A stretch of 64,000 bases of DNA from Ramazzottius varieornatus (Eukaryota > Animalia > Tardigrada): positions 7,244,448-7,308,447 of the forward strand of contig BDGG01000002.1 in the NCBI GenBank assembly GCA_001949185.1, read 5' to 3'. Below, one piece after another: positions 63,774 to 64,000 of the stretch; the first letter of the stretch is position 1, and the number at the start of each line of letters is the position of its first letter. The translations under genes and the position numbers were made by a program. The notes under the pieces were generated by a model. That model saw only the letters and a list, made by a program, of their open reading frames with translations, was not told the DNA's origin and did not search any database.

Positions 63774-64000
63774 TCAGGGTCGCGGTAATTCGACTGAGGA
63801 ATTAAAATTCGTTCGGAAAAGCATAGGGCGGCGGTTCTTGATCTGAGATCTTCTCATACTTTTCAAGTGTGACCACAAGTCTTCCAGGAAACGCAGGGTC
63901 CAGGGAACACCGTTTCCGTTGGTCGCACGTGGCTCCACATGGACTTCAACATAATTCTCGACGACGTCGCCATCACGAATCAAGTTTTTCCAACGCGAAC
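63774..64000 (-). CDS. Possible last exon of a gene extending beyond the window (unidentified)
   Basis: An open frame runs from the window edge to TGA at 63774. No recognisable motif. Confidence 0.3.
   Translation of the reverse strand, partial: SRWKNLIRDGDVVENYVEVHVEPRATNGNGVPWTLRFLEDLWSHLKSMRRSQIKNRRPMLFRTNFNSSVELPRP

Overview
This is a gene-dense animal genomic window with mostly 50-100 bp GT-AG introns. It is most likely from a eutardigrade, an inference from the SAHS-like domains and compact gene structure. About 13 intact genes can be reconstructed: KIF3A-like kinesin-2, a trypsin-type protease with Cys-rich repeats and a mucin-like stalk, an atypical Ctr copper-transporter homologue, a Ly6/three-finger GPI protein, a DUF7044/7042/7043 protein, UTP11, MRPS9, MESD, phosducin-like PDCL, NAPE-PLD, an NMDA receptor GluN2-type subunit, a PHD-CCHHC-MYST acetyltransferase and THOC3. 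It also holds a decayed multi-ubiquitin-like gene, a full-length but inactivated Tc5-type DNA transposon and several MITE families. The standout is a spliced minus-strand gene at 53046-55822. It encodes a signal peptide plus FOUR tandem SAHS/FABP-like beta-barrel domains, each ending in R-x-(Y/F)-R-R, so it is a candidate secreted 'poly-SAHS' lipid-binding protein or polyprotein. Two other oddities stand out: the Ctr lacks the essential MxxxM filter, and the GluN2-type subunit has Gly at the pore N-site and a natural lurcher-position Thr. All exon structures and homologies were read by eye and from recalled family motifs; no database searches were run.
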